Part shown: positions 27,360 to 39,880 of the stretch, piece after piece
Numbering within the stretch: position 1 is the first letter of the stretch
Layout: each line of letters starts with the position of its first letter
NCBI GenBank assembly: GCA_009914755.4
Contig: CP068257.2
Location: 23,616,001-23,680,000 of the forward strand
Direction: 5' to 3'
Source of the DNA: the human T2T-CHM13v2.0 reference genome, Homo sapiens
Length of the DNA stretch: 64,000 bases
Made by a program: the position numbers and the translations under genes
The notes under the pieces: model-generated
Seen by the model: the letters and a program-made list of their open reading frames with translations, nothing else
Database searches by the model: none
Told to the model about the DNA's origin: nothing

Positions 27360-30111
27360 CACCTTCAGTGAGTCAAAACACACAAAATATGTTAAAAAGG
27401 TCACTTGTGGAAAAACACTTGCTAAGAAAACAACCCTTTGTTTTGAAAACTAGTGAGGGGAAAGGAATCTGGCATTAACTTTGCCTTTCCTATTGTAACT
27501 ACACAACATTAGATAACCAGAGAGTTAATGAAGTGAATTTTTTCTTTACAGAAGTATTCCAACTAATAAATCAAGGAGAACTTAGAGAATCCAGTCATCA
27601 TCTTGTAACCCTGATGAATTAATGGATCTAGCCATTGAGTCTATCAGTGACTGCTAGCGTCACAAAAAGGAAGGCAATCAATCATTAAGTTTCTCCTGAT
27701 GGAAGCAAATGTTGCCATCTATGAAGCCAGTTTGCCAAATAACTAAGCCTGAATCTCATTAAACTTCTAGGTCAATACGTAGAAAAACCAGAGGACAGAG
27801 GTACATGTAACACTACAATAGGAAGAAGAAATCAACAAACATATATATATAGGGACAGATGGAGAGAAAGAAATTGTGAGAGAGAAAATAAACTAGGTTT
27901 TAAAATGCTTAGATATACATATTTTTAAAAAACTAAATTACAGTGGCATTTGTGTGGAAAATAAACGTAAGCAATACATTACCAAGAAGCCCAAATAGTG
28001 GTTACTTTTGTTGGGAGTGGCAGTGGTGAGGTTTCACCATGCTGGAGGGCCCATGGAAAGTATGTGAAATGGCTGGGGATGTTTAATCTCTTGACCTGGA
28101 TGGTGGTTACAAGGATGTACGTCTTACAGTTCATTAAGCTGTGCATTTGTTTTGTGTGGTTTTCTGACTTTATATAATATTTGACTATTAAGAATATTAA
28201 AATTTTCTAAAATAGGTTTAGGAAATAATAGGTTAAACACTGTTAAATAGGATTCTTTAATTTAGTTGCTCTTGGGGCCTCGAAAATGCTATTGCATATT
28301 GCAAATTGTTAAGGCAGTGAATTAGCTTGCAACATTTAACAATCTAATTTGGCCAAGGAACACTTTTTTCCCAAGTCAGCTTTTAGTAGTTCTCAGGACA
28401 CTAGTGTTCCCTGAAGTACAGCTCAAGGAATGCTCCTCTGTTTAATACATCAGTGTAGAAAATTAGTATCCTGGGTCCTTTAAAAATATATATATATAGC
28501 ATCAAAATAGCAATTATCTAATAACAAGGACTTAATTTACTAAACACTCAGTACGAACCATTTTAAACACTTCAGGCTTGCCAGTATAAGGTTTTACTTC
28601 AACTGAGAATATTCCAGTTCTTAACAGGTAGTCATTGCCGTCCATTGGAAATAAAGTTGCAATGACTGGTTTTCTGGCACTATCCATTGCTTTCTTGATC
28701 ATTAAAATAGAATAATCCTTTTCAATAGGAACAATGAGACTATGATTTAATAGGAGAATACAAAATTAAGGTCAACAAAATTAAAGTCTCATAATTATTA
28801 TAGTTTTATAATACATTTTTTGTTGTATACTGTAAAAATAGTACCTATGAAAAGCTCAATTAATTTATACTACTTATTCCTATTAATTATGTTCCACCAT
28901 AATGTATCACCATGCAAGATGAAGATCACAAGTTTTAAAGGAAACTTGCAAGAGATGCAGGAATTCAAACTGACCTCCCCATATGCAACCAAAATTTTCT
29001 GCCAATGTGTTGTGTGTTCCATCAAGACAGAGTACATTTAGGAGGCAAGAGAGTCCCAGTATAAGCCAAGGATGTAGTGTAGAGGAGATATAAATGGACA
29101 GGAATGCTGAGAGAGGTGAGGTAATCAGTATATGCTGAGGGCACTAACGCTATGCAATGTGGAGCAGATTTAAACGAACAGAGGCCCTGGGGTCTAAGTT
29201 AATGCTGCTTCCAGGGGAGAGGTTTCCAACAATAAAGACAAAGAAATTATTCAAACTAGTTAATTTTTTAAATGGGGCTTACACTTTTTGTTCCTGTTTT
29301 GCCCAAAAGATAAGGGCAAGTAAGCACTGGGACTTTTCAGTCTAAGTTTGTTTTCCATAAAATCAAAGTATTTGGGAAATTAATTTTTTATGTTAGAAGA
29401 AATTAATATGAAGAAGGTCATGTCAAAACAACTCCATTAAATATAAAATTAGATTATGGGTACCCAAGTGGTCTTTCACACCGTTTCCTACTGTGCCGCA
29501 GAGTGATAGTAGGCCTCTCAGTCCCCTTCCCTCTTTTAAAAATCTCCATAAAAATGTCCCTTCTCTTTATTATAAAGAGAAATTCATACAATAAAAATTG
29601 ATATAAAAGCCTTATTTTAAAAATAGAATTCATCTCATCCATTTTAAGTTTGAAAATTAACTGTCTTCAAGCTTTGCTCTATCAAAGTGCTTGGGGAGCC
29701 AAGCTAGGGGATTACCTATATGAGGGAAAGCTTTTGGGAATGAGATCTGTTAGATATATTCAGGTAACTAGACCCTACATGTAAAACTACAAAAGTGTGT
29801 GAATTGTGATGAGGTATGGCCTCATTTTACCAATTTAATATTGACTACTAATACGAGGCAAATGCTAGTGTTTGAGGTTCTTTTCTTTCTTTCCACTTCA
29901 AAAAACAGTATTAGTGAGCCATTAAATAAAAACTAAAGTCTACAAAAGAGATACACAACTGTCTCTAAACCCTTTACTACTATGCATAATTATAGCAAGT
30001 ATTAAGTACATTATCAAGCTAAACTAATGCACTTGTAACTATGACTGAAACCGTTTCAGAAGTTGTTATCATGAGTTAAATGCATTCATTCATTCATTTA
30101 TTCAACACATA

Positions 30112-30141
30112 TTGAATAATCAATATGTATTGATTATTCAA
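30112..30141. repeat. Perfect 14-bp inverted repeat with 2-bp spacer (30-bp palindrome) ttgaataatcaata tg tattgattattcaa
   Basis: Direct reading. The right arm is the exact reverse complement of the left arm. Embedded in an AT-rich (CATT)n-like context. Confidence 0.85.
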
Positions 30142-32879
30142 TCCATAGATCAATAGAAAAACAAATGGCATTATTCTTGCTCTCTAAGAACAAGAAGTCA
30201 CGAGAGAAAGTCAGAGGAGTAAAGAAACAATCAGTATTCCTTTAAGCAGTGAGTGCTGCAACTGTAGAAACACAGTGGATCTAGGAGTGTCCAGTGCAGG
30301 GGAATCTAACTAGGACTATACAAATGAGAGGAGACTCCTAGAGAAAGTGTCTTCTAGGTTAAAAAGGAATTGACCAGGCAAAAATATGACAGAAGCACTC
30401 CGTGCAGGAAAAATATGGACAAATGCTTTTGGCAAAAGAGAGTGGGAAGTATTTGGGTAATCGGAAAACACTAATCAGCTGAAGTCCAAGTGGAAGGGGG
30501 TTGGTAGAGAGAGGAAAAAGAGGTGGGCAGAAGGGGGCAGGGCTCCTTGTGATGCTTGATGCTCATCCAGAGCGCCATGGGGACCCCCCTGAAGATTTAA
30601 ATGACAGTGAGTTAGTCCTTTTTTTTTTTTAACTCAAATAGCCACTTTACAGACCCACTAACTATTTGTTTTAACCCAACACATGGTTTTTAAGAATGAC
30701 TCTAGACCTATCTTGTCTCTTACTGTATACTAGCAAATGGAAAGAGGCATAAATGAACACATTTGAAGAAAAAAAAGAAAATGACAAGCTTAATAGGGAA
30801 GACTGATCCAACATAAAGTAAGTCCATTGACACAGTAAGCATCTTTTTAGTTGGACTTAGAACATTTTGTTAATACTTTATTTAGTTATATAAGCATTTT
30901 GTATAATCATTTCTATCATCTCTCTATTCCATGGATTTAACTTTATTTCTGGCTGAATCATGTCCTATAGTTAAAAGATATTTGAATGTTTCTTTCATTA
31001 CAGCATAGGAGCCTTTAATCCCATAATCAGCATAATAACGTGATGTTTAGGTGCTACTTTCAAAATTCATCTTTGCAAAGAACATGCAGCTGAAATTTTC
31101 CATGGTATTAGGAAATTTAAGGTAAATACATAATGTTCTCACAAAGTATTTCAATTTACTCAATTTTCCAATTTATTCATTTAGAGAGTTCAACTTATTA
31201 ATCAATAAATGGTGCAAATAAAGCCAATAACATAGCTTCAATCTCGATATGAATCAGTTTCTCCGAATTACAAAATTTCGGATTCAGTGTTATAACTGCA
31301 CCATAACTTCATAAAAAAAAAAAACTGGAGAAAATTGATGCCTTAATTTAACTTATATTTCTAATGGGACATTAGCTCTCCCTGATGAGAGGGCAACAGA
31401 AACAGTGCATCATGTAAGCACAGGGCCCCAGTTGGCTTTATTTTAACTGAGACATTTTTAAGTGGATTTGGAGCTAAACCTAAGAATAGAAACACCTTTA
31501 AAAAATATAATAAGGATGAGAAATTATCTCTCTTTCTAATATAGCAGTGATTTTGTAAAATAATTTATCAAACTTATAGACTAACTTTTCTAATAATCCT
31601 ACAGCATTTCTAGAACATTGGCAAACCATACACAAAAGGGTTGAAATATGTTAAAATTCAATATATGCATTGCTATTATTAATCTTCTAAGCATCAAATT
31701 TCCCTAATATCTATGTCAGTGAACAGAATAAACATTTTTCTTCCAATGACTGTACTTATAGTCATCAAAATATTAAACATTAATTAATTAAGTCTTAAAA
31801 ATCCCACTATTTGCAAACTCTGTTCCAGGTTAAAAAAAACAAAAAACAAAAAACAAAAACAAAAAAACTCAAAAAATAAAGAAGACTCAGTCTCTGCCCT
31901 TCAGATAGCTGAAGTGACAAACACATAAGCACAGTTACAGAACAATGTGCCCTCACAAGAGGTATGCATAGGCAATGTGAGAGCAATGTGTGAGGGTAAT
32001 TTTTGTACCATTGTCTCCATTTATGTTAAGCTACATAACATTTATACTATAATTTACCTAATATTTTAAAATATTTAAATTACTTGCTTTTTATTTAAAT
32101 ACATTGCTTTCCGAATGAAAAGTTACTTCTCTACTCCATCATCATCACTTGCCAATAAAATAAGTAATCATATGAGTAGGCAGATAGACATTTATAATAC
32201 ACAATTTTGCATCTTTGAAATATCTCATTTTCTACATTTTAAAATTTGAATAAATAAATAAATAAATATGCCTCCTTCCTTAAATGATAAGAATTAAATT
32301 CAAGATTTAACAAACAGTAAGAGAATGGAAAATTTATAAATATTTACTGCTCATTGGCCCCACACCAGCAGTGATAAAGGGCATTTGTCTATCTTGCCCC
32401 TTTGGATAAACTCAAATATAGAAAAAATGACATGTTGTGTTGCTGTATAACCAGCAGCTCATCCTGGAAACAAACATGAAAGGTCAAAACTTGCCTCCCT
32501 GGTCCCATTTTCAGGTCTTGTTCTTCTGCTGGTTCTCCTACTAGGAATGGAAAGGTAATTACCCCCATAAGTAAAGTACAAAATAGCCAAAAGATAGGGA
32601 AATATTTTTCATGACAAGGACAACCTAAGCAGAAGATTGCTGGACAAGAAATCTCCCAGCTCCTCCCCTTTTATTTAATCTTTCATGAAATTTGTTTTCT
32701 TTTTAAAACATTGTTCATAGAACAATTTTAATTTATTAAAAACAGAACATCACAAAATAATGAACTCTAACCTATTTGGAAATATACAAATACAAAATGC
32801 TTATTTCAGTCCTCTGTTGCCATCTTCCAGGAATAATTAATCTATAATTTTTTATCTTCCTAGATGTTTTTCTACATTT

Positions 32880-32995
32880 ACATAAAAACAAATATGTATA
32901 TTTATATTATCTATACATACATATCTATATCAATATAGGTAGATGATATAGATACAAATATAGATATAGATGTATAGATATAGATAATGGGAATT
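32880..32995. repeat. TA/TAGA-rich low-complexity block
   Basis: tatatttatattatctatacatacatatctatatcaatataggtagatgatatagatacaaatatagatatagatgtatagatatagataatg. Confidence 0.7.
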
Positions 32996-33884
32996 TATGG
33001 TCAAAAATAGCTTCTATTACTTATATTCAAAGATATCTGGAAGTGCTTACTGAAAATTGTGGAACCATTTATTGAGTGGAATTTGACAAATTAGAATATT
33101 AATTTAAATTTCATTAAATGTGTATTTTGATTTTAAAATATTGCTATCTTGATCATGCAAGTCTTCCCATCTAAGATACATGGTCTAATTCAGGTCATGT
33201 TCTCTGTCCTTTCTGAGAATTTTAGAGGTTTCCTTATGTTAGGAACTTTAACATTTTCCTGGGGATTTCATAGTTCTTGTTGGTTCTTCAAATATAACTT
33301 AATTTCCTTTTCATATTTTAAAGCTTATTACTGGTATAAAGAAAGGACTAATATTTTTATGTATTTATCACATAGACAGCAGTATTGTAACCTCACTCAC
33401 TAATTTTAATAGTTTTAATTTTTTTTAATTTTCTAGGAATATATACATGTTTTTAAAAGTAAATTTCTTTCTTTTTCCTAATAGTTAATGTTGCTTTGAT
33501 TTTCACTTAATGAATTTGGTAGCTTATCTGATCCATTGGTAACTAAACGTAAATGAAAAAATCTACGCAATTTCTTTAAACATATGACATGGATTTTCAA
33601 TACTGCCTGGCAATCCCATTTCATTTCTTCAGTTCGTCTCTCCCCAGTCTTTCAGATGATTATTGCATGCAGACATATCTATTCTCCAACATCTCACCTT
33701 TCTAATTTTTAAGTGATAACTTTGAGTCATATTTTAATAAGAAAATAGGAATATTTCATAAGATATTTATAAAATATCTACAAAATATCGAATATTTATA
33801 AAAATCTGAACATTTATAAAATATCCACCAAAGCTCTTCCAGCTATCCCCAAACATTACTGTGTCCACTTTTCTTCCCATCACC

Positions 33885-34204
33885 TTTTTTTTTTCTTTTT
33901 TTGAGACAGAGTCTCGCTCTGTTGCCAGGCTGGAGCGCAGTGGCACGATCTTGGCTCACTGCAACCTTGCAACCTTTGCCTCTCAGGTTCAAGCTATTCT
34001 CCTGCCTCAGCCTCCCGAGTAGCTGGGACTACAGGCGTGTGCCACCAAGCCCAGATAATGTTTGTTTTTTGTTTTGTTTTGTTTTGTTTTTGTATTTTTA
34101 GTAGAGATGGGGTTTCACCATGTTGGCCAGGATGGTCTCGATCTCTGCCCACCTCAGCCTCCTAAAGTGCTAGGATTACAGATGTGAACCACCGTGCTCG
34201 GCCC
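33885..34204 (-). mobile_element. Alu SINE (AluS-like), minus orientation, with an internal (GTTTT)n expansion in the linker/A-rich region
   Basis: An 18-nt T-rich head, then gagacagagtctcgctctgttgccaggctggagcgcagtggcacgatcttggctcactgcaacc...gggactacaggcgtgtgccaccaagcccag...(gttttt/gtttt) x about 6 at 34058-34092...ggattacagatgtgaaccaccgtgctcggccc. Confidence 0.95.
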
Positions 34205-35874
34205 CCATTCTCTCTTAAAACTACTCTAATCAGGATTTCATCCCTACTGCTGCATGAAACCGCTCTCATCAAGAATATCCAAACCTCCCTGGTTTACTTT
34301 AAATACTTCTTAATCCTCACCTTTCTTGACCCTCAGCAGCATCGTATGCAGTTGAATGCTCCCTCCTCTTGGCCCATTGTCTCCGCTTGGTGTCAGACAC
34401 GCCACTCTCAGCACTCTTTCCTTCTACTTGCCTGTCTTTTCCTTCTCAGTCTTCTTTGCTAGCCCTTTGTCTTCTCCCTGTCCTCTAAATATTGGTGTAT
34501 CCCAGAGCTCAGTCTACATCCCTCTCTCTCCTCTTCCCTACACACTCTCATTTTCCAGATAGTCTCATGTAGTCCTTGGCTTTAAAATACCTACATTTAT
34601 ATCTTCAATCCCAAATTTGCCTCTGAGATGCCGAATCATATGTACAATTGCCTGCTCTGCATTTAAGATGGATACCTAATTGATAACTAACTATAAGCTG
34701 TCCAAAACAGGATTCCAGATTTGACCCTCTTCCCAATCACAGATATATGTCTGTGTTGTAAAGATAGATAGATAAATACGCAACGCACACAAAGTCTGAC
34801 CACTCTTACCACAACCATCTCTACTTTTCCACAATAACCCCCAGTGGATCTCCTTGCTTCTACTCTTCCCTTTCTATAGCAGCCAGTGTGATCTTTTAAA
34901 AATACAAATAAAATTATATTATGTCCCCAGACTGCCCTTCCCGTTAAACATAAAATAAAATCCAAAGCCTTCTTATGGCCCGTAATGATCCACATGTACC
35001 TTTCTCCCACCCTGTACCTCATTAAGCTCATTCCCTACCTCTCTTGCTCACAGTGAAGACTACACTGGCTTTGTTGCTATTTCTAGACAAATAAAGATCA
35101 CTCCAAGTTCTGGGCCTCTGTGCTCACCATCTCTCTGTCTTGAAAATACTTCCCCCAATTATATTCATGGCTCACTCCCTCGCTTTGGTTGGGTCTATAT
35201 ACTTAATTGTCACATCAAAGAGGAGGCCCTTCTGGCCATGCTTTCTAAAGTACATTCCCCTCACTATCATTCTGTGTTACTTTTCATCATGGCCCTTATC
35301 ACTTCCATAAGGCACTCATTATTATCTTATTATCATCTCTCTCTTTATTAGAATACAGGTTCCCTGAAAACACAAATTTCCCGTCTTGGTCACCATCATA
35401 TTCTTATCACCAAGAACACTAAATGGCAGATAGTAGTCAATCAATAAATGAGTGTTCAGTGATGAGAAAGTGTTTAAAACTAAGTTGAATAAAATTGGTA
35501 ATACAAAAATTGATAATACCACTACTATTTCTGTCTTTAGTTAACTCCCATACAATTTCCCTTGCTGGGTTTTGTTTTATTCCTATTTAATTCATTTAGA
35601 GTATTATTAGTAATAGTCTCCTTGCTTCTATTCTGTTAAGTTTCCTGAAATACTCTTGCAGCCCCTATTTATAGGATAAAATTAGTTTTCTCCTTTACCT
35701 TCACATTTAAATATATTGGAAATTTTTGTTATATCACCCTTATATTGTAGGAGTAAATTGTTCTTGTCCATAAATATTTATCTTTATGGCATCTGGCTTT
35801 ATTGCTAATTTACCAATTGATATCATTTTCTTCTTAACCCTCTTCAAGAGAGCTATTAAATGTGGCAATAAAAT

Positions 35875-36249
35875 GATATGGTTTGGCTGTGTCCCCACCC
35901 AAATCTCATCTTGAATTATAGTTCCCATAATCCCCACATGTCATAAGAGAGACCCAGTGGGAGGTAATAGAATCATGGGGGTGGTTACCCCCATGCTGTT
36001 CTCCTGATAGTCAAAGAGTTCTCATGAGATCTGATAGTTTTATAAGAGGCTTTTCCCCCTTTTGCTCGGCACTTCCCCTTGCTGCCACCATGTGAGGAAG
36101 GGCATGTTTGCCTCCCCTTCCACCACGATTATAAGTTTCCTGAGGCCTTCCCAACCATGCTGAACTGTGAGTCAATTAGACCTCTTTCCTTTATAAATTA
36201 CTGAGTCTCAGGTATGTCTTTATTAGCGGCATGAGAACAGACTAATACA
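35875..36249 (+). mobile_element. THE1-family ERVL-MaLR solo LTR (second copy, same orientation as the 6432 copy)
   Basis: tgatatggtttggctgtgtccccacccaaatctcatcttgaattatagttcccataatccccacatgtcataagagagacccagtgggaggtaatagaatcatggggg...ccatgctgaactgtgagtcaattagacctctttcctttataaattactgagtctcaggtatgtctttattagcggcatgagaacagactaatacat. Confidence 0.8.
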
Positions 36250-39136
36250 TTACAACATCCTATTTCTTAGGAGTTTGCCCAGGAGAGTGTTGATTCTTAG
36301 GCACTTTATGTATTTCAGTAAAACTAATTTATTAAATAGGTAATTTTAAAATATCTGAACTAATATCTATATATTGAATATATAATCTAAAAATAGCTAC
36401 TTTTCTAAATTGGCCATATAAATAACTTCATCTAACAGACAATAGTCTTTCTAGGTCACATGATCTGATTTGGGATTCGAAAAAACAATGTCAGATATTG
36501 CAACTATATCATGGCAGCCAGTGAACAAAGTTCACATTCCATGCTTCTTGTATTTGGACAGAGCTCAAACTACATAACTGAGACCTCAGAGCTGAGATAT
36601 ATCAAAGACCATAGATTTGAGTCCAGATTAACATGTTCTGCTCAAGCATCCTCATGATTTAAGGATTATTTTTATATTACAAAAGACCCCATTTTTCTTT
36701 AGCAAACATACCATAAGTCATGTTTAAAGAAAGGTACATAGAGCTAGGTGGATGTTTACAAGAGCCCTTTGAGTTAAATCCAAAATTATTAGCCTTTCTG
36801 CTGTATGCTTATAAATGAAGCATAGCACAACATAATAGCTAGATTGACCACAATTAGGTCCCTGAATTAAAGGCAAGAAATAAGACATTTTGACAGCTCT
36901 GGAACATTGCATTTCATGGGGTTCAGTGCACAGCTAGGTAACACAGGTCTTCCTGTAATTGCAGTACAATGGGAAAATTCAGTGCTTAATTGCCTTCAGA
37001 TTTTCTCATGTGATGGATATAAAAATCAAGTGCCAGCATTGTCTCCCTGCCATTAAGTGAAACACAACTAAAAACATTTTGGAGTTTAACTGTCCTAAAC
37101 CAGAATAAGAGTACATGTTGGGCTTCTTTCTCAGGCATAGTTTCTGTAACTATATACCTGTTTTTTCACAAATATAGAAAAAAATACTTTAAGAGTCCTG
37201 GTTGACAAAATGCTTTTAAAAATATTTTAAGAGCCCTGGCTTACGTCATCAGTAATATCCTCCCTTTCTCATATTAAAACAGTGCATCCAAAGTCTGCCA
37301 TTTCCTTAGCAAGGCTGGGAAAATAATCTTTAACAATGTGCCAAGATGAAAAGAAGTGTGGTTATTTTTGTTACTTCTTTCACCAGAAGAAAAAGGAGAA
37401 GAAAGAGGAGGAGGATGAAAATGAGGAGGAGTAGGAAAATGCTGCATTTTGTAGCAAATTGTAAATGTTATATTTACAAACCACATATCACTTTATATTC
37501 CGGGATAGAGAGCAGTTGTCGCTGAGGGATTTCTGGAAATATGGGCTAAATCCCAAGAGTGGCTCTGGAAAATACTGGGAAGACAGCAGATGAAAATTAC
37601 TACTGTGAGGAGAATGTAAATGACACTGTGAAAATGCCAGATGTAGACAGACATATCCTCTACTGAAGAGCATCTGCCTGGGGAGAAGACAGGGAGCTTC
37701 ATTTGAGCACAGTGAGGCAGCTATAAGCACTCATAGCCACTTCTCCTTCCAGCTGGCCTTACTGAGAAAAACTCAAGACTGAACTCCACTGAACCATCTG
37801 CATCCACCCAAATGAATAGCAGGAAGACTAACTCCATGCAGGAGCCCCTGGGCTTTCATGGTCCACATTCATAAATCCCAAGGATTCAGAGCAGCATTCT
37901 TTAATGTAATGGAGAAAATACTATTCTCAAACATACTCAACAATAATGTTGTAAAACATATGGCTAATGAATGCATTGTCCTGATTATCTACAGGAACTT
38001 GTAAGACTGTTCTTCAGGTAGCCTTGGACAGACCCAGTTCTCCCCATTTTCTCACTTGCAGTTCTCAAGAATAACCATAGAATGTGCAAGGAATGCAACA
38101 TCTTGAGGTAGAAAGGAACTGGCCAGAACATCCTGGGCTCTGTTCCAGTCCCCTACCCTTGAACAGGATGTCCTTCGATGCCTTATCACAGCAAGTCACG
38201 TGACCCTGAAGTGTATAATCCTGCAAAGGGAGCTTTTCAGGCTTCCTCATGTGCAATGCAAGCAGGGCATATGTACTCAAGACTCCACCCATCCCAGGCA
38301 GCTTTCCTGAGCCTTGAGCGACTGACTCTCAATGAGTCCTTGGTTTCTGTTATCCCTTGCTGCCCATCTGTAAGTAATAAACTGGCTTCATGCATCTTGT
38401 TGCATATAAGAACGTTTTGTCTCACTGGACTCGAACAAGTTGTTAGCCAGTGCACAGTGGACCTGCTTCACAGAATGCGAAGAGTCCAAGGCTTGGGGGT
38501 GATGTTTAGGTTGTAACAAAGCCACAAAGCACAGGTGATTGTCCATGGCAATAAAGACTATGTCTTAACATTTTACAGCTGTTACAGACATAAATTGGAA
38601 GAGAATCTATATCTGACCCTTTAAGGGGCACCTATGTGAAGTCATTTGCTGCTGAGGGCAGCTTTATACTTTAACCAAAAAGTCAAAGAAAATTCATCAT
38701 TTCCTTTTGATTTCTGGAGCCAACATCGTTCTCCTACTCAGATGCTCTTCCCAGAAGACATCATCTGTAACTTGTGATCTGTGAACTGTACGTGACAGGC
38801 AAACTGAATTCTCTTTAGAATTATCTCTTTTCAGACGGGAAGATCAGTAATGACCAAATGAGTACCGGTTTGTTGCAAGAAGCACCCTGCTACCTCACCC
38901 TAATGATTAAATTTGTAATTTTTCCTTGTCTGTGGCCACTAACTATTCATAATTCTGAACCATATTTTTAGAATAATTTCTATAGTGGAATTATTTTATT
39001 GCCAGTTGTTGTTTTGTTGATTTTGGCCCACAGAAGCAGATCATAGTGGAAGAGAGAATGCCACCTGAGGCAGGACCCAGTCCAAGACAAACTAGAATGT
39101 TTACTTAAGACCTGGCATAAACTAGAATGTTTACTT

Positions 39137-39150
39137 AAAACACTCCATTA
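39137..39150. repeat. Target-site duplication (5' copy) aaaacactccatta of the composite L1/Alu-tail insertion; 3' copy at 39881-39894
   Basis: An exact 14-bp match flanks the insertion on both sides. The upstream copy is preceded by tt, giving tt|aaaa, the preferred L1 endonuclease cleavage site. Confidence 0.85.
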
Positions 39151-39198
39151 TTTTTTGTTTGTTTTTTGTTTGTTTTTGAGATTGAGTCTCACCCTGTC
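39151..39198 (-). mobile_element. Inverted Alu 3'-end fragment (about 21 nt of Alu body plus A-rich tail, as reverse complement) forming the 5' part of a composite L1 insertion
   Basis: ttttttgtttgttttttgtttgtttttgagattgagtctcaccctgtc is the reverse complement of an Alu 3' terminus (gacagggtgagactcaatctc) plus an A-rich tail. It lies directly between the upstream TSD copy and the L1 fragment. Confidence 0.7.
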
Positions 39199-39880
39199 AA
39201 GAAACGACAGATGCTGGCAAGGTTGAGGAGAAATAGGAAAGCTTTTACACTGTTGGTGGGAGTGTAAATTAGTTCAACCATTGTGGAAGACAATGTGGTG
39301 ATTCCTCAAAGATTTAGAACCAGAAATACCACTTGACCCAGCAATCCCATTATTGGGTATATATCCAAAGGAATATAAATCATTCCATTATAAAGACACA
39401 TGCACGCATATGTTCATTGCAGCACTACTCACAATAGCAAAGACATGGAATCAATCCAAATGCCCATCAGTGATAGACTGGATAAAGAAAATATGGTACA
39501 TATACACAATGGAATACTATGCAGCCATAAAAAGGACCAAGATCATGTCTTTTGCAGGGACATGGATGAAGCTAGAAGCCACTATCCTCAGCAAACTAAC
39601 ACAGGAACAGAAAGCCGAACACCACATGTTCTCACTTATAAGTGGGAGCTGAACAATGAGAACATATGGACACAAGGAGGGGAACACCACACACTGGGGC
39701 CTATCAGGGAAGCAGGGATAAAAGCATTAGAGAAAAGAACGAAATGCATGCTGGGCTTAATACCTAGGTGATGAGTTGATAGGTGCAGCAAACCACCATG
39801 CCACATGTTTACCTGCGTAACAAACCTGCACATCTTGTACATGTACCCCCGAACTTTAAAAAAGTAAAGTAAAATAAAAT
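39199..39880 (+). mobile_element. LINE-1 3' fragment, L1PA-type (relatively young), with A-rich tail
   Basis: ...gatgctggcaaggttgaggagaaataggaaagcttttacactgttggtgggagtgtaaattagttcaaccattgtggaagacaatgtggtgattcctcaaagatttagaaccagaaataccacttgacccagcaatcccattattgggtatatatccaaaggaatataaatcattc...atggaatactatgcagccataaaaaggaccaagatcatgtcttttgcagggacatggatgaagctagaagccactatcctcagcaaactaacacaggaacagaaagccgaacaccacatgttctcacttataagtgggagctgaacaatgagaacatatggacacaaggaggggaacaccacacactggggcc...gggcttaatacctaggtgatgagttgataggtgcagcaaaccaccatgccacatgtttacctgcgtaacaaacctgcacatcttgtacatgtacccccgaactttaaaaaagtaaagtaaaataaaataaaa. ORFs 39353-39652 and 39400-39771 in the track are L1 ORF2 C-terminal frames. 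Confidence 0.92.

Noticed and set aside
28560-28760. Minus-strand open frame of about 65 codons with a protein-like composition (…MIKKAMDSARKPVIATLFPMDGNDYLLRTGIFSVEVKPYTGKPEVFKMVRTECLVN)
   Set aside because: I could not match it to any protein family from memory. Its length is within what chance produces several times in 64 kb x 6 frames. There are no splice signals, no start context and no supporting upstream or downstream exon-like frames. It would need a BLASTX to rule out a processed-pseudogene fragment.
38065-38516. Overlapping ORFs of 72-112 aa on both strands at 38065-38516
   Set aside because: Mutually overlapping random frames in moderately GC-richer unique sequence. No family resemblance and no splice or Kozak evidence.
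39091-39139. Short duplicated 19-mer (aactagaatgtttacttaa at 39091 and 39121) just upstream of the composite L1 insertion, considered as an alternative TSD
   Set aside because: Both copies lie on the same (upstream) side of the insertion, so they cannot be its TSD. This is a small local duplication of target sequence. The true TSD is the 14-mer aaaacactccatta, found on both sides.
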